A stretch of 64,000 bases of DNA from the human T2T-CHM13v2.0 reference genome, Homo sapiens: the NCBI RefSeq assembly GCF_009914755.1, contig NC_060933.1, one strand, 5' to 3'. Made by a program: the position numbers and the translations under genes. A model generated the notes under the pieces. The model was not told the origin of the DNA. It searched no databases and saw only the letters and a list, made by a program, of their open reading frames with translations. Positions within the stretch are counted from its first letter, which is position 1. Each line of letters starts with the position of its first letter. Positions 29,101 to 43,089 of this stretch are shown piece by piece.

Positions 29101-32100
29101 TGCAATGGAATGGAGAGGAATGGAATGGAATGGAATGGAAACTACCCGAATGGAATGGAATGTAATGGAGTGTAAGGGAATTGAATAGAATCAATCCGAA
29201 TGGAATGGAATGGAATGGAACGGAATGTAATGGAATGGAATGGAATGGAATCAACCCGAGTGCAGGGGAATGGAAAGGAATGGAATGCAATGGAAGGGAA
29301 TCATCCGGAATGGAATGGAATGGAATGCAATGGAATGGAATCAACCCGAGTACAATGGAATGGAATGGAATGGAATGGAATGGAATGGAATGGAATGGAA
29401 TGCCTTCAAACCTAATGCAATGGAAAGGAATGCAATCAACACGAGTGGAATGGAATGGAATGGAATGGAATGGAATGGAATGATACGGAATAGAATGGAA
29501 TGGAACGAAATGGAATGGAATGGAATGGAATGGAATGGAATGGAATGGAATGGAATCGTTCCGAGTGGAATAGGAGGGAATGTATTCGAGTGGAATGGAA
29601 AGGAATGGAATCAGCAGAGTGGAATGGAAGGGAATGGAATGGAATGGAAACAAATAGAATGGAATCAACCCGAGTGGAATGGAATGGAAAGGACTGGAAT
29701 GGAATGGAATGGAATGGAATGGAATCAACTCGATTGTAATAGAATGGAATGGAATGGAATGGACTGGAATGGAATGGAATTAACCCGAATACAATGGAAT
29801 GGAATGGAATGGAACGGAATGGAGTGGAATGGAATGGAATCAACCCGAGTGCAGAGGAATGGAATGGAATGGAATGCAATGGAATGGAATCATCCGGAAT
29901 GGAATGGAATGGAATGGAATGCAAAGCAATGAAATCAACTCGATTGCAATGGAATGGAATGGAATGGAAAGGAATACATTGGAATCAACCCGAGTGGAGT
30001 GGAATGGAATGGACTGGAATGGAGTGGAATGGAATGGAATGGAATGGAATAGAATCAACTCGATTGGAATGGAATGGAATGGAATGGAATTAACCCGAAT
30101 AGAATGGAATGGAATGGAATGGAACGGAACGGAACGGAACGGAATGAAATGGAATGGAATGGAATGGAATGGAATGGAATGGAATGGAATCAACCCGACT
30201 GCAGGGGAATGGAATGGAATGGAAAGCAATGGAATGGATTCAACTTGAATGGAATGGAAAGAATGGAATCAACACGAGTGGAATGGCATGGATTGGAATG
30301 GAATGGAATGGAATCAACCCGAGTACAGGGGAAAGGAATGGAATGGAATGCAATGCAATGGAATCATCAGTAATGGAATGGAAAGGTATGGAATGGAATG
30401 GAATGGAATGGAATGGAATGGCATGGAATCAACTCGATTGCAATCGAATGGAATGGAATGGAATTAACCCGAATAGAATGGAATGGAATGCAATGGAACG
30501 GAACGGAACGGAACGGAATGGAATGGAATGGAATGGAATGGAATGGAACGGAAAGGAATGGAATGGAATGGAATGGAATGGAATGGAATGGAATGGAATG
30601 AAATGGAATGGAATGGAATCAACGTGAGTACAGGGGAATGGAATGGAATGGAATGCAATGGAATGGAATCTTCCGGAACGGAATGGAATGGAATGGAATG
30701 GAATGGAATGGAATGGAATTGAATGGAATCAACCCGAGTGCAATGGAATGGAGTGGAATGGAATGGAATGGAATGGAACAACCCGAATGGAATCGAATGT
30801 AATGGAGAGTAAGGGAGTTGAATAGAATCAATCCGAATGTAATGGAATGGAATGGAATGGAATGGAATTGAACGGTATGGAATGGAATGCAATGGAATGG
30901 AATCAACCCGAGTGCAATGGAATGGAGAGGAATGGAATGGAATGGAATGGAAACTACCCGAATGGAATGGAATGTAATGGAGTGTAAGGGAATTGAATAG
31001 AATCAATCCGAATGGAATGGAATGGAATGGAACGGAATGGAATGGAATGGAATGGAATGGAATGGAATGGAATGCAATGGAATGGAATCAACCCGAGTGC
31101 AATCGAATGGAATCGAATGGAATGGAATGCAATGGAATGGATTCAACTTGAATGGAATGAAAACAATGGAATCAATACGAGTGGAATGGCATGGATTGGA
31201 ATGGAATGGAATGGATTGGAATCAACCCGAGTACAGGGGAATGGAATGGAATGGAATGCAATGGAATGGAATCATCCGTAATATAATGGAAAGGAATGGA
31301 ATGGAATGGAATGGAATGGAATGGAATCGAATGGAATGGAATGGAATCAACCCGAGTGCAGGGGAATGTAATGGAACGGAATGCAATGGAATGGAATCAT
31401 CCGGAATGGAATGGAATGGAATGGAATGCAAAGCCATGGAATCAACTCGATTGCAATGGAATGGAATGGAATGGAAAGGAATAGAATGGAATCAACCCGA
31501 GTGTAATGGAATGGAAAGGACTGGAATGGAGTGGAATGGAATGGAATCGAATGGAATGGAATGGAATCAACTCGATTGGAATGGAATGGAATGGAATGGA
31601 ATGGAATGGAATGGAATGGAATTAACCCGAATAGAATGGAATGGAATGGAATGGAACGGAATGGAATGGAATGGAATGGAATGGAATGGAATGGAATGGA
31701 ATGGAATTAACCCGACTGCCGGGGAATGGAATGGAATGGAATGGAATGGAATGGAATGGAATCATCCGGAACGGAATGGAATGGAATGGAATGGAATCAA
31801 CTCGATTGCAATGGAATGGAAGGCAATGGAATGGAATCGAATGCAATGGAATGGAATTAACCAGAATAGAATGGAATGGAATGGAATGGAACGGAATGGA
31901 ATGGAATGGAATGGAATGGAATGGAATGGAATCAACCCGAGTGCAGGGGAATGGAATGGAATGGAATGCAATGGAATGGAATCATCCGGAATGGAATGGA
32001 ATGGAATGGAATGCCATCAACCTGATGCAATGGAATGGAGTGGAATGGAATGGAATGGAATAGAAACATCCCGAATGGAATGGAATGTAACGGAGTGTAA

Positions 32101-35100
32101 GGGAATTGAATAGAATCAATCCGAATGTAATGGAATGGAATGGAATGAAATGGAATGGAATGGAATGGAATGGAATCAACCCGAGTGCAATGGAATGGAT
32201 TCGAATGGAATGGAATGGAATGGAATGGATTCAACAAGAATGGAATGGAAAGGAATGGAATCAACCCGAGTGTAATGGCATGGAATGGAACGCAATGGAA
32301 TCGGATGGAATGGAATGGTACGGAATAGAATGGAATGGAATGAAATGGAATGGAATGGAATGGAATGGAATGGAATGGAATGAACCCGTGTGCAATGGAA
32401 TGGAATGGAATGGAATGGATTCAACTCGAATGGAATCAACTCGATTGCAATGGAATGGAATGGAATGGAAAGGAAGAGAATGGAATCAACCCGAGTGGAA
32501 TGGAATGGAAAGGACTGGAATGGAGTGGAATGCAATGGAATGGAATTAACCCTAATAGAATGAAATGGAACGGAATGGAACGGAATGTAATGCAATGGAA
32601 TCGAATGGAATCAACCCGAGTGCAGGGGAATGGAATGGAATGGAATGCAATGCAATGGAATCATCCGGAATGGAATGGAATGGAATGGAATGGAATGGAA
32701 TGGAATGGAATGGAATCAACTCGAATTCAATGGAATGGAATGGAATAGAATGGAATGGAATTAACACGAATAGAATGGAATGGAATGGAATGGAATGGAA
32801 CAGAAAGGAATGGAATGGAATGGAATGGAATCAACCCAAGTGCAGGGGAATGGAATGGAATGGAATTCAATGGAATGGAATCATCCGGAATGGAATGGAA
32901 TGGAATGGAAAGGAATGGAATGGAATGGAATGGAATCAACCCGAGTGCAATGGAATGGAGAGGAATGGAATGGAATGGAATGGAAACTACCCGAATGGAA
33001 TGGAATGTAATGGAGTGTAAGGGAATTGAATAGAATGAATCCGAATGGAATGGAATGGAATGGAAAGGAATGGAATGGAATGGAATGGAATGCAAAGCCA
33101 TGGAATCAACCCAAGTGCAATCGAATGGAATCGAATGGAATGGAATGCAATGGAATGGATTCAACTTGAATGGAATGGAAAGAATGGAATCAACACGAGT
33201 GGAATGGCATGGATTGGAATGGAATGGAATGGAATCAACCCGAGTACAGGGGAATGGAATGGAATGGAATGAAATGGAATGGAATCATACGTAATGTAAT
33301 GGAAAGGAATGGAATGGAATGGAATGGAATGGAATGGAATGGAATCAACTCGATTGCAATCGAATGGAATGGAATGGAATTAACCCGCATAGAATGGAAT
33401 GGAATGGAATGGAATGGAACGGAACGGTTCGGAATGGAATGGAATGGAATGGAATGGAATGGAATCAACACGAGTGCAGGGGAATGGAATGGAATGGAAT
33501 GCAATGCAATGGAATCTTCCGGAATGGAATGGAATGGAATGCAATGGATTCAACTCGATTGCAATGGAATGGAATAGAATGGAATGGAATGGAATGGAAT
33601 GGAATTAACCCGAATAGAATGGAATGGAATGGAATGGAACGGAACGGAAAGGAACGGAACGGAACGGAATGGAATGGAATGGAATGCAGTTGTATGGAAT
33701 GGAATGGAATGGTAAGGAATAGAATGGAATGGAAAGAATTGGAATGGAATGGAATCGAATGGAATGGAATGGAATGGAATGGAATCAACCCGAGTGCAAG
33801 GGAATGTAATGGAACGGAATGTAATGGAATGGAATCATCCGGAATGGAATGGAATGGAATGGAATGGAATGGAATGGAATGGAATGGAATCAACCCGAGT
33901 GCAATGGAATGGAGTGGAATGGAATGGAATGGAATGGAACAACCCGAATGGAATGGAATGTAATGGAGAGTAAGGGAGTTGAATAGAATCAATCCGAATG
34001 TAATGGAATGGAATCGAACGGAATGGAATTGAATGGAATGGAATGGAATGCAATGGAGTGGAATCAACCCGAGTGCAATGGAATGGAGAGGAATGGAATG
34101 GAATGGAATGGAAACTACCCGAATGGAATGGAATGTAATGGAGTGTAAGGGAATTGAATAGTATCAATCCGAATGTAATGCAATGGAATGGAACGGAATG
34201 GAATGGAATGGAATGGAATGGAATGGAATGGAATCGTTCGGAGTGGAATAGGAGGGAATGTATTCGAGTGGAATGGAAAGGAATGGAATCAACCAGAGTG
34301 GAATGGAAGGGAATGGAATGGAATGGAAACTAATAGACTGGAATCAACCCGAGTGGAATGGAATGGAAAGGACTGGAATGGAATGGAATGGAATGGAATG
34401 GAATCAACTCGATTGTAATGGAATGGAATGGAATGGAATGGAATGGAATGGAATGGAATGGAATGGAATTAACCCGAATACAATGGAATGTAATGGAATG
34501 GAATGGAATGGAACGGAATGGAGTGGAATGGAATGGATTCAACACGAGTGCAGGGTAATGGAATGGAATGGAATGCAATGGAATGGAATCATCCGGAATG
34601 GAATGGAATGGAATGGAATGCAAAGCAATGGAATCAACTCGATTGCAATGGAAAGGAATGGAATGGAAAGGAATAGAATGGAATCAACCTGATTGGAATG
34701 GAATGGAAAGGACTAGAAAGGAGTGGAATGGAGTGGAATGGAATGGAATGGAATGGAATGCAATGGAATGGTATGGAATTTAATGGAATGGTACGGAATA
34801 GAATGGAATGGAAGGAATTGTAATGGAATGGAATTCAATGGAATGGAATGGAATGGAATGGAATCAACGCGAGTGCAGGGGAATGTAATGGAACGGAATG
34901 CAATGGAATGGAATCATCCGGAATGGAATGGAATGGAATGGAATGGAATGGAATCAACCCGAGTGCAATGGAATGGAGAGGAATGGAATGGAATGGAAAG
35001 AAAATACCCGAATGGAATGGAATGTAATGGAGTGTAAGGGAATTGAATAGAATCAATCCGAATGGAATGGAATGGAATGGAACGGAATGTAATGGAATGG

Positions 35101-35430
35101 AATTTAATGGAATCAACCCGAGTGCAGGGGAATGGAATGGAATGGAATGCAATGGAATGGAGTCATCCGGAATGGAATGGAATGGAATGCAATGGAATGG
35201 AATCAACCCGAGTACAATGGAATGGAATGGAATGGAATGGAATGGAATGGAATGGAATGGAATGCCTTCAAACCTAATGGAATGGAAAGGAATGGAATCA
35301 ACACGAGTGGAATGGAATGGAATGGAATGGAATGGAATGGAATGGAGTGGAATGGACTGGAATGGAATGGAATGGAATGGAATGGAATGATACGGAATAG
35401 AATAGAATGGAACGAAATGGAATGGAATGG
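20190..35430 (+). repeat. Older ~9.1 kb tandem duplication; second copy lacks two internal blocks
   Basis: ~20190-22200 matches ~29330-31310 (ORF ends 21140/30229; CAATACGAG 22069/31173). ~23880-27620 matches ~31325-35060 (GCCATCAACCTGATG 24497/32013; CGTTCGGAGT 26804/34235). ~29180-29540 matches ~35040-35430 (CTTCAAACCTAAT 29404/35266). Confidence 0.75.
23030..23810 (+). repeat. ~390 bp tandem duplication
   Basis: ATAGAATCATCC at 23211/23601; ATTAACGCGAATAG at 23316/23701; CTGCAGGGG...GCAATGGAATCAA at 23131/23521. Confidence 0.82.
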
Positions 35431-36709
35431 AATGGAATGGAATGGAATGGAATGGAATGGAATGAAATGGAATGGAATGGAATGGAATGGAATCAACCCG
35501 AGTGCAGGGGAATGGAATGGAATGGAATGCAATGGAATGGAATGGAATGGAATGGAATGGAATGGAATGGAATGGAATCAACCCGAGTGGAATGGCATGG
35601 AATGGAATGCAATGGAATGGAATGGAATGGAATCAACTCGAGTGGAAAGGAATGGAATGGAATGGAAAGGAATGGAATGAAGTCAACTCGAGTGGAATGG
35701 AATGGAATGGAATGGATTGGAATGGATTGCAATGGAATGAAATGGAATGGAATGGAATGGAATCAATCATTCCGAGTTGAATGGAAGGGAATGTAATGGA
35801 GTGGAAAGAAGGGAATGGAATCAACCCGAGTGGAATGCAAGGCAATGGAATGGAATGGAAAGGAATGGAATGGAATCAACTCGATTGCAATGGAAAGGAA
35901 AGGAATGGAATGGAATGGAAAGGAATGGAATGGAATGAAATGGAATGGAATGGAATGCAATGGAATGGAATCAACCCGAATGCAATCGAATGGAATCGAA
36001 TGGAATGGAATGCAATGGAATGGATTCAACTTGAATGGAATGGAAAGAATGGAATCAACACGAGTGGAATGGCATGGATTGGAATGGAATGGAATGGAAT
36101 CAACCCGAGTACAGGGGAATGGAATGGAATTGAATGCAATGGAATGGAATCATCCGTAATGGAATGGAATGGAATGGAATGGAATTGAATGGAATGGAAC
36201 GGAACGGAACGGAATGGAATGGAATGGAATGGAATGGAATGGAATGGAATCAAAGCGAGTGCAGGGGAATGGAATGGAATGGAATGCAATGGAATGGAAT
36301 CTTCCGGAATGGAATGGAATTGAATGCAATGGAATGAAATGCAATGGATTCAACTCGATTGCAATGGAATGGAATAGAATGGAATGGAATGGAATGGAAT
36401 GGAATTAATCTGAATAGAATGGAATGGAATGGAATGGAACGGAATGGAACCGAATGGAATGGAATGGAATGGAATGGATTGGAATGGTATGGAATGGAAT
36501 GGAATGGTACGGAATAGAATGGAATGGAACGAACTGTAATGGAATGGGATTGAATGGAATGGAATGGAATGGAATGGAATCAACGCGAGAGCAGGGGAAT
36601 GTAATGGAACGGAATGCAATGGAATGGAATCATCCGGAATGGAATGGAATGGAAAGGAATTGAATGGAATGGAATCAACCCGAGTGAAATGGAATGGAAT
36701 GGAATGGAA
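30706..36709 (+). repeat. Copy A of a near-identical direct repeat of at least 6 kb (offset 27286-27291 bp)
   Basis: Dozens of ORF-track pairs with identical translations: 31022/58308, 32106/59392, 33045/60331 (27286); 34258/61549, 35043/62334, 36424/63715 (27291). Confidence 0.95.
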
Positions 36710-39700
36710 TGGAATGGAATGGAACAACCCGAATGGAATGGAATGTAATGGAGAGTAAAGGAGTTGAATAGAATGAATCCGAATGTAATGGAATGGAATG
36801 CAACGGAATGGAATGGAATGGAATGGAATGGAATGCAATGGAATGGAATCAACCCGAGTACAATGGAATGGAATGGAATGGAATGGAATCGTTCCGAGTG
36901 GAATAGGAGGGAATGTATTCGAGTGGAATGGAAAGGAATGGAATCAACCAGATTGGAATGGAAGGGAATGGAATGGAATGGAAAATAATAGAATGGAATC
37001 AACCCGAGTGGAGTGGAATGGAAAGGACTGGAATGGAATGGAATGGAATGGAATCAACTCGATTGTAATGGAATGGAATGGAATGGAATGGAATGGAATG
37101 GAATGGAATTAACCCGAATACAATGGAATGGAATGGAATGGAACAGAATGGAGTGGAATGGAATGGAATCAACCCGAGTGCAGGGGATTAGAATGGTATG
37201 GAATGCAACGGAATGGAATCATCCGGAATGGAATGGAATGGAATGGAATGCAAAGCAATGGAATCAACTCGATTGCAATGGAATGGAATGGAATGGAAAG
37301 GAATACATTGGAATCAACCCGAGTGGAATGGAATGGAAAGGAGTGGAATGGAGTGGAATGGAATGGAATGGAATGGAATGGAATCAACTCGATTGGAATG
37401 GAATGGAATGGAATGGAATGGAATGGAATTAACCCGAAGAGAATGGAGTGGAATGGACTGTAACGGAACGGAATGGAATGGAATGGAATGGAATGGAATG
37501 GAATGGAATGGAATCAACCCGACTGCAGGGGAATGGAATGGAATGGAATGCAATGGAATGGATTCAACTTGAATGGAATGGAAAGAATGGAATCAACACG
37601 AGTGGAATGGCATGGATTGGAATGGAATGGAATAGAATCAACCCGATTACAGGGGAATGGAATGGAATGGAATGCAATGGAATGGAATCATCCGTAATGG
37701 AATGGAAAGGAATATAATGGAATGGAATGGAATGGAATGGAATGGAATGGAATCAACTCGATTGCAATCAAATGGAATGGAATGGAATTAAACCGAATAG
37801 AATGGAATGGATTGGAATGGAATGGAACGGAACGGAATGGAATGGATTGGAATGGAATGGAATGGAATGGAATGTAACGGAAAGGGATGGAATGGAATGG
37901 AATGGAATGGAATGGAATGGAATGGAATGGAATCAACGCGAGTGCAGGGGAATGGAATGGAATGGAATGCAATGGAATGGAATCTTCCGGAATGGAATGG
38001 AATGGAATGGAATGGAATGGAATAAACCCGAGTGCAATGGAATGGAATGGAATGGAATGGAATGGAATGGAACAACCCGAATGGAATGGAATGGAATGGA
38101 GAGTAAGGGAGTTGAATAGAATGAATCCGAATGTAATGGAATGGAATGGAAGGGAATGGAATGGAATGGAATGGAATGGAATGGAATGGAATGGAATGCA
38201 ATGGAATGGAATCAATCCGAGTGCAATCGAATGGAATCGAATGGAATGGAATGCAATGGAATGGATTCAACTTGAATGGAATGGAAAGAATGGAATCAAC
38301 ACGAGTGGAATGGCATGGATTGGAATAGAATGGAATGGAATCAAGCCGAGTACAGGGGAATGGAATGGAATGGAATGCAATGGAATGGAATCATCCGTAA
38401 TGGAATGGAAAGGAATGGAATGGAATGGAATGGAATGGAATGGAATGGAATCAACTCGATTGCAATCGAATGGAATGGAATGGAATTAACCCGAATAGAA
38501 TGGAATGGAATGGAATGTAACGGAACGGAATGGAATGGAATGGAATGGAACGGAATGGAACGGAATGGAATGGAATGGAATGGAATGGAATGGAATCAAC
38601 GCGAGTGCAGGGGAATGGAATGGAATGGAATGCAATGGAATGGAATCTTCCGGAATGGAATGGAATGGAATGAAATGCAATGGATTCAACTCGATTGCAA
38701 TGGAATGGAATAGAATGGAATGGAATGGAATGGAATGGAATGGAATGGAATGGAATGGAATGGAATTAACCCGAATGGAATGGAATGGAATGGAATGGAA
38801 CGGAATGGAACGGAATGGAATGGAATGGAATGCAATGGAATGGTATGGAATGGAATGGAATGGTATGGAATAGAATGGAATGGAACGAATTGTAATGGAA
38901 CGGAATGGAATGGAATGGAATGGAATGGAATGGAATCAACGCGAGTTTAGGGGAATGTAATGGAACGGAATGCAATGGAATGGAATCATCCGTAATGGAA
39001 TGGAATGGAATGGAATGGAATGGAATCAACCCGAGAGCAATGGAATGGAGTGGAATGGAATGGAATGGAATGGAACAACCCGAATGGAATGGAATGTAAT
39101 GGAGAGTAAGGGGGTTGAATAGAATCAATCCGAATGTAATGGAATGGAATGCAACGGAATGGAATGGAATGTAGTGGAATGGAATGCAATGGAATGGAAT
39201 CAACCCGAGTACAATGAAATGGAATGGAATGGAATGGAATGGAATGGAATGGAATGGAATGGAATGCAATGGAATGGAATCTTCCGGAATAGAATGGAAT
39301 GGAATGGAATGGAATGGAATGCAATGCAATGCATTCAACTCGATTGCCATGGAATGGAATAGAATGGAATGGAATGGAATGGAATGGAATGGAACGGAAC
39401 GGAAAGGAAAGGAAGGGAATGGAATGGAATAGAATGGAATGGAATGGAATGGAATGGAATGGAATTAAACCGAATAGAATGGAATGGAATGGAATGGAAA
39501 GGACTGGAATGGAATGGAATGGAATGGAATGGAATGGAATCAACTCGATTGTAATGGAATGGAATGGAATGGAATGGAATGGAATGGAATGGAATGGAAT
39601 GTAATTAACCCGAATACAATGGAATGGAATGGAATGGAACGGAATGGAGTGGAATGGAATGGAATCAACCCGAGTGCAGGGGAATGGAATGGAATGGAAT

Positions 39701-42700
39701 GCAATGGAATGGAATCATCCGGAATGGAATGGAATGGAATGGAATGCAAAGCAATGGAATCAACTCGATTTCAATGGAATGGAATGGAATGGAAAGGAAT
39801 ACATTGGAATCAACCCGAGTGGAATGGAATGGAAAGGACTGGAATGGAATGGAATGGAATGGAATGGAATGGAATGGAATGGAATCAACTCGATTGGAAT
39901 GGAATGGAATGGAATGGAATGGAATTAACCCGAATAGAATGGAATGGAATGGAATGGAACGGAACGGAACAGAATGGAATGGAATGGAATGGAATGGAAT
40001 GGAATGGAATGGAATCAACCCGACTGCAGGGGAATGGAATGGAATGGAATGCAATGGAATGCATTCAACTTGAATGGAATGGAAAGAATGGAATCAACAC
40101 GAGTGGAATGGCATGGATTGGAATGGAATGGAATGGAATCAACCCGAGTAGAGGGGAATGGAATGGAATGGAATTCAATGGAATGGAATCATCCGTAATG
40201 GAATGGAAAGGAATGGAATGGAATGGAATTAACCCGAATAGAATGGAATGGAATGGAATGGAACAGAATGGAACGGAAAGGAATGGAATGGAATGGAATG
40301 GAATGGAATGGAATGGTATGGAATGGAATGGAATGGTACGGAATAGAATGGAATGGAACGAATTGTAATGGAATGGAACTGAATGGAATGGAATGGAATG
40401 GAATGGAATCAACGCGAGTGCAGGGGAATGTAATGGAACGGAATGCAATGGAATGGAATCATCCGGAATGGAATGGAATGGAATGGAATGGAATGGAATG
40501 GAATCAACCCGAGTGCAATGGAATGGAGTGGAATGGAATGGAATGGAATGGAACAACCCGAATGGAATGGAATGTAATGGAGAGTAAGGGAGTTGAATAG
40601 AATCAATCCGAATGTAATGGAATGGAATGCAACGGAACGGAATGGAATGGAATGGAATGGAATGCAATGGAATGGAATCAACCCGAGTACAATGGAATGG
40701 AATGGAACGGAATGGAATTGAATGGAATGGAATGGAATGGAATGCAATGGAATGGAATCAACCCGAGTGCAATGGAATGGAGAGGAATGGAATGGAATGC
40801 AATGGAAACTACCCGAATGGAATGGAATGTAATGGAGTGTAAGGGAATTGAATAGAATCAATCCGAATGTAATGGAATGGAATGGAACGCAACGGAATGG
40901 AATGGAATGGAATGGAATGGAACGGAAAGGAATGGAATGGAATGGAATGGAATGGAATGGAATGGAATGGAATGGAATGGAATCAACGCGAGTGCAGGGG
41001 AATGGAATGGAATGGAATGCAATGGAATGCAATCTTCCGGAATGGAATGGAATTGAATGGAATGGAATGGAATGGAATGGAATAAACCCGAGTGCAATGG
41101 AATGGAGTGGAATGGAATGGAATGGAATGGAACAACCCGAATGGAATGGAATGTAATGGAGACACAGGGAGTTGAATAGAATCAATCCGAATGTAATGGA
41201 ATGGAATGGAACGGAATGGAATTGAATGGAATGGAATGGGATGCAATGGAATGGAATCAACCCGAGTGCAATCGAATGGAATCGAATGGAATGGAATGCA
41301 ATGGAATGGATTCAATTTGAATGGAAAGGAAAGAATGGAATCAACACGAGTGGAAGGGCATGGATTGGAATGCAATGGAATGGAATCAACCCGAGTACAG
41401 GGGAATGGAATGGAATGGAATGCAATGGAATGGAATCATCCGTAATGGAATGGAAAGGAATGGAATGGAATGGAATGGAATGGAATGGAATGGAATGGAA
41501 TCAACACGATTGCAATCGAATGGAATGGAATGGAATTAACCCGAATAGACTGGAATGGAATGGAATGGAACGGAACGTAATGGAATGGAATGGAATGCAA
41601 TGGAATGGAATGGAACGGAACGGAATGGAATGGAATGGAATGGAATGGAATGGAATCAACGCGAGTGCAGGGGAATGGAATGGAATGGAATGCAATGGAA
41701 TGGAATCTTCCGGAATGGAATGGAATGGAATGGAATGGAATGGAATGAAATGCAATGGATTCAACTTGATTGCAATGGAATGGAATAGAATTGAATGGAA
41801 TGGAATGGAGTGGAATTAATCCGAATAGAATGGAATGGAATGGAATGGAACAGAATGGAACGGAATGGAATGGAATGGAATGGAATGGAATGGAATGGAA
41901 TGGAATGGTATGGAATGAAACGGAATGCTACGGAATAGAATGGAATAGAACGAATTGTAATGGAATGGAATTGAATGGAATGGAATGGAATGGAATGGAA
42001 TGGAATCAACGCGAGTGCAGGGGAATGTAATGGAACGGAATGCAATGGAATGGAATCATCCGGAATGGAATGGAATGGAATGGAATGGAGTGGAATCAAC
42101 CCGAGTGCAATGGAATGGAGTGGAATGGAATGGAATGAATGGAACAACCCGAATGGAATGGAATGAAATGGAGAGTAAGGGAGTTGAATAGAATCAATCC
42201 GAATGTAATGGAATGGAATGAAACGGAGTGGAATGGAATGGAATGGAATTGAATGCAATGGAATGGAATCAACCTGAGTACAATGGAATGGAATGGAATG
42301 GAATGGAATGGAATGGAATGGATTGGAATACCTTCAAACCGAATGGAATGGAAAGGAATGGAATCAACACGAGTGGAATGGAATGGAATGGAATGGAATG
42401 GAATGGCATGGAATGGAATGGAAAGATAAGGAATAGAATGGAATGGAACGAAATGGAATGGAATGGAATGGAATGGAATGGAATGGAACGGAACGGAATG
42501 GAATGGAGAGGAAGGGAACGGAACGGAATGGAATGGAATGGAATGGAATGGAATGGAATGGAATGGAATGGAATGGAATCACCTCGAGTGCAGGGGAATG
42601 GAATGGAATGGAATGCAATGGAATGGAATCTTCCGGAATGGAATGGAATGGAATGGAATGGAATGGAATGGAATGGAATGAAATGCAATGGATTCAACTC

Positions 42701-43089
42701 GATTGCAATGGAATGGAATACAATGGAATGGAATGGACTGGAATGGAATTAATCCGAATAGAATGGAATGGAATGGAATGGAATGGAATGGAATGGAATG
42801 GAATGGAATGGTATGGAAAGGAATGGAATGGTACGGAATAGAATGTAATGGAACGGAATGCAATGGAATGGAATCATCCGGAATGGAATGGAATGGAATG
42901 GAATCAACCAGAGTGCAATGGAAAGGAGTGGAATGGAATGGAATGGAATGGAACAACCCGAATGGAATGGAATGTAATGGAGAGTAAGGGAGTTTAATAG
43001 AATCAATCCGAATGTAATGGAATGGAATGCAACGGAATGGAGTGGAATGGAATGAAATGGAATGCAATGGAATGGAATCAACCGGAGTA

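Noticed and set aside
33421-33435. GGAACGGTTCGGAAT as an additional heat shock element
   Set aside because: The TTC is shifted one base out of the nTTCn register, so it is not a canonical HSE.
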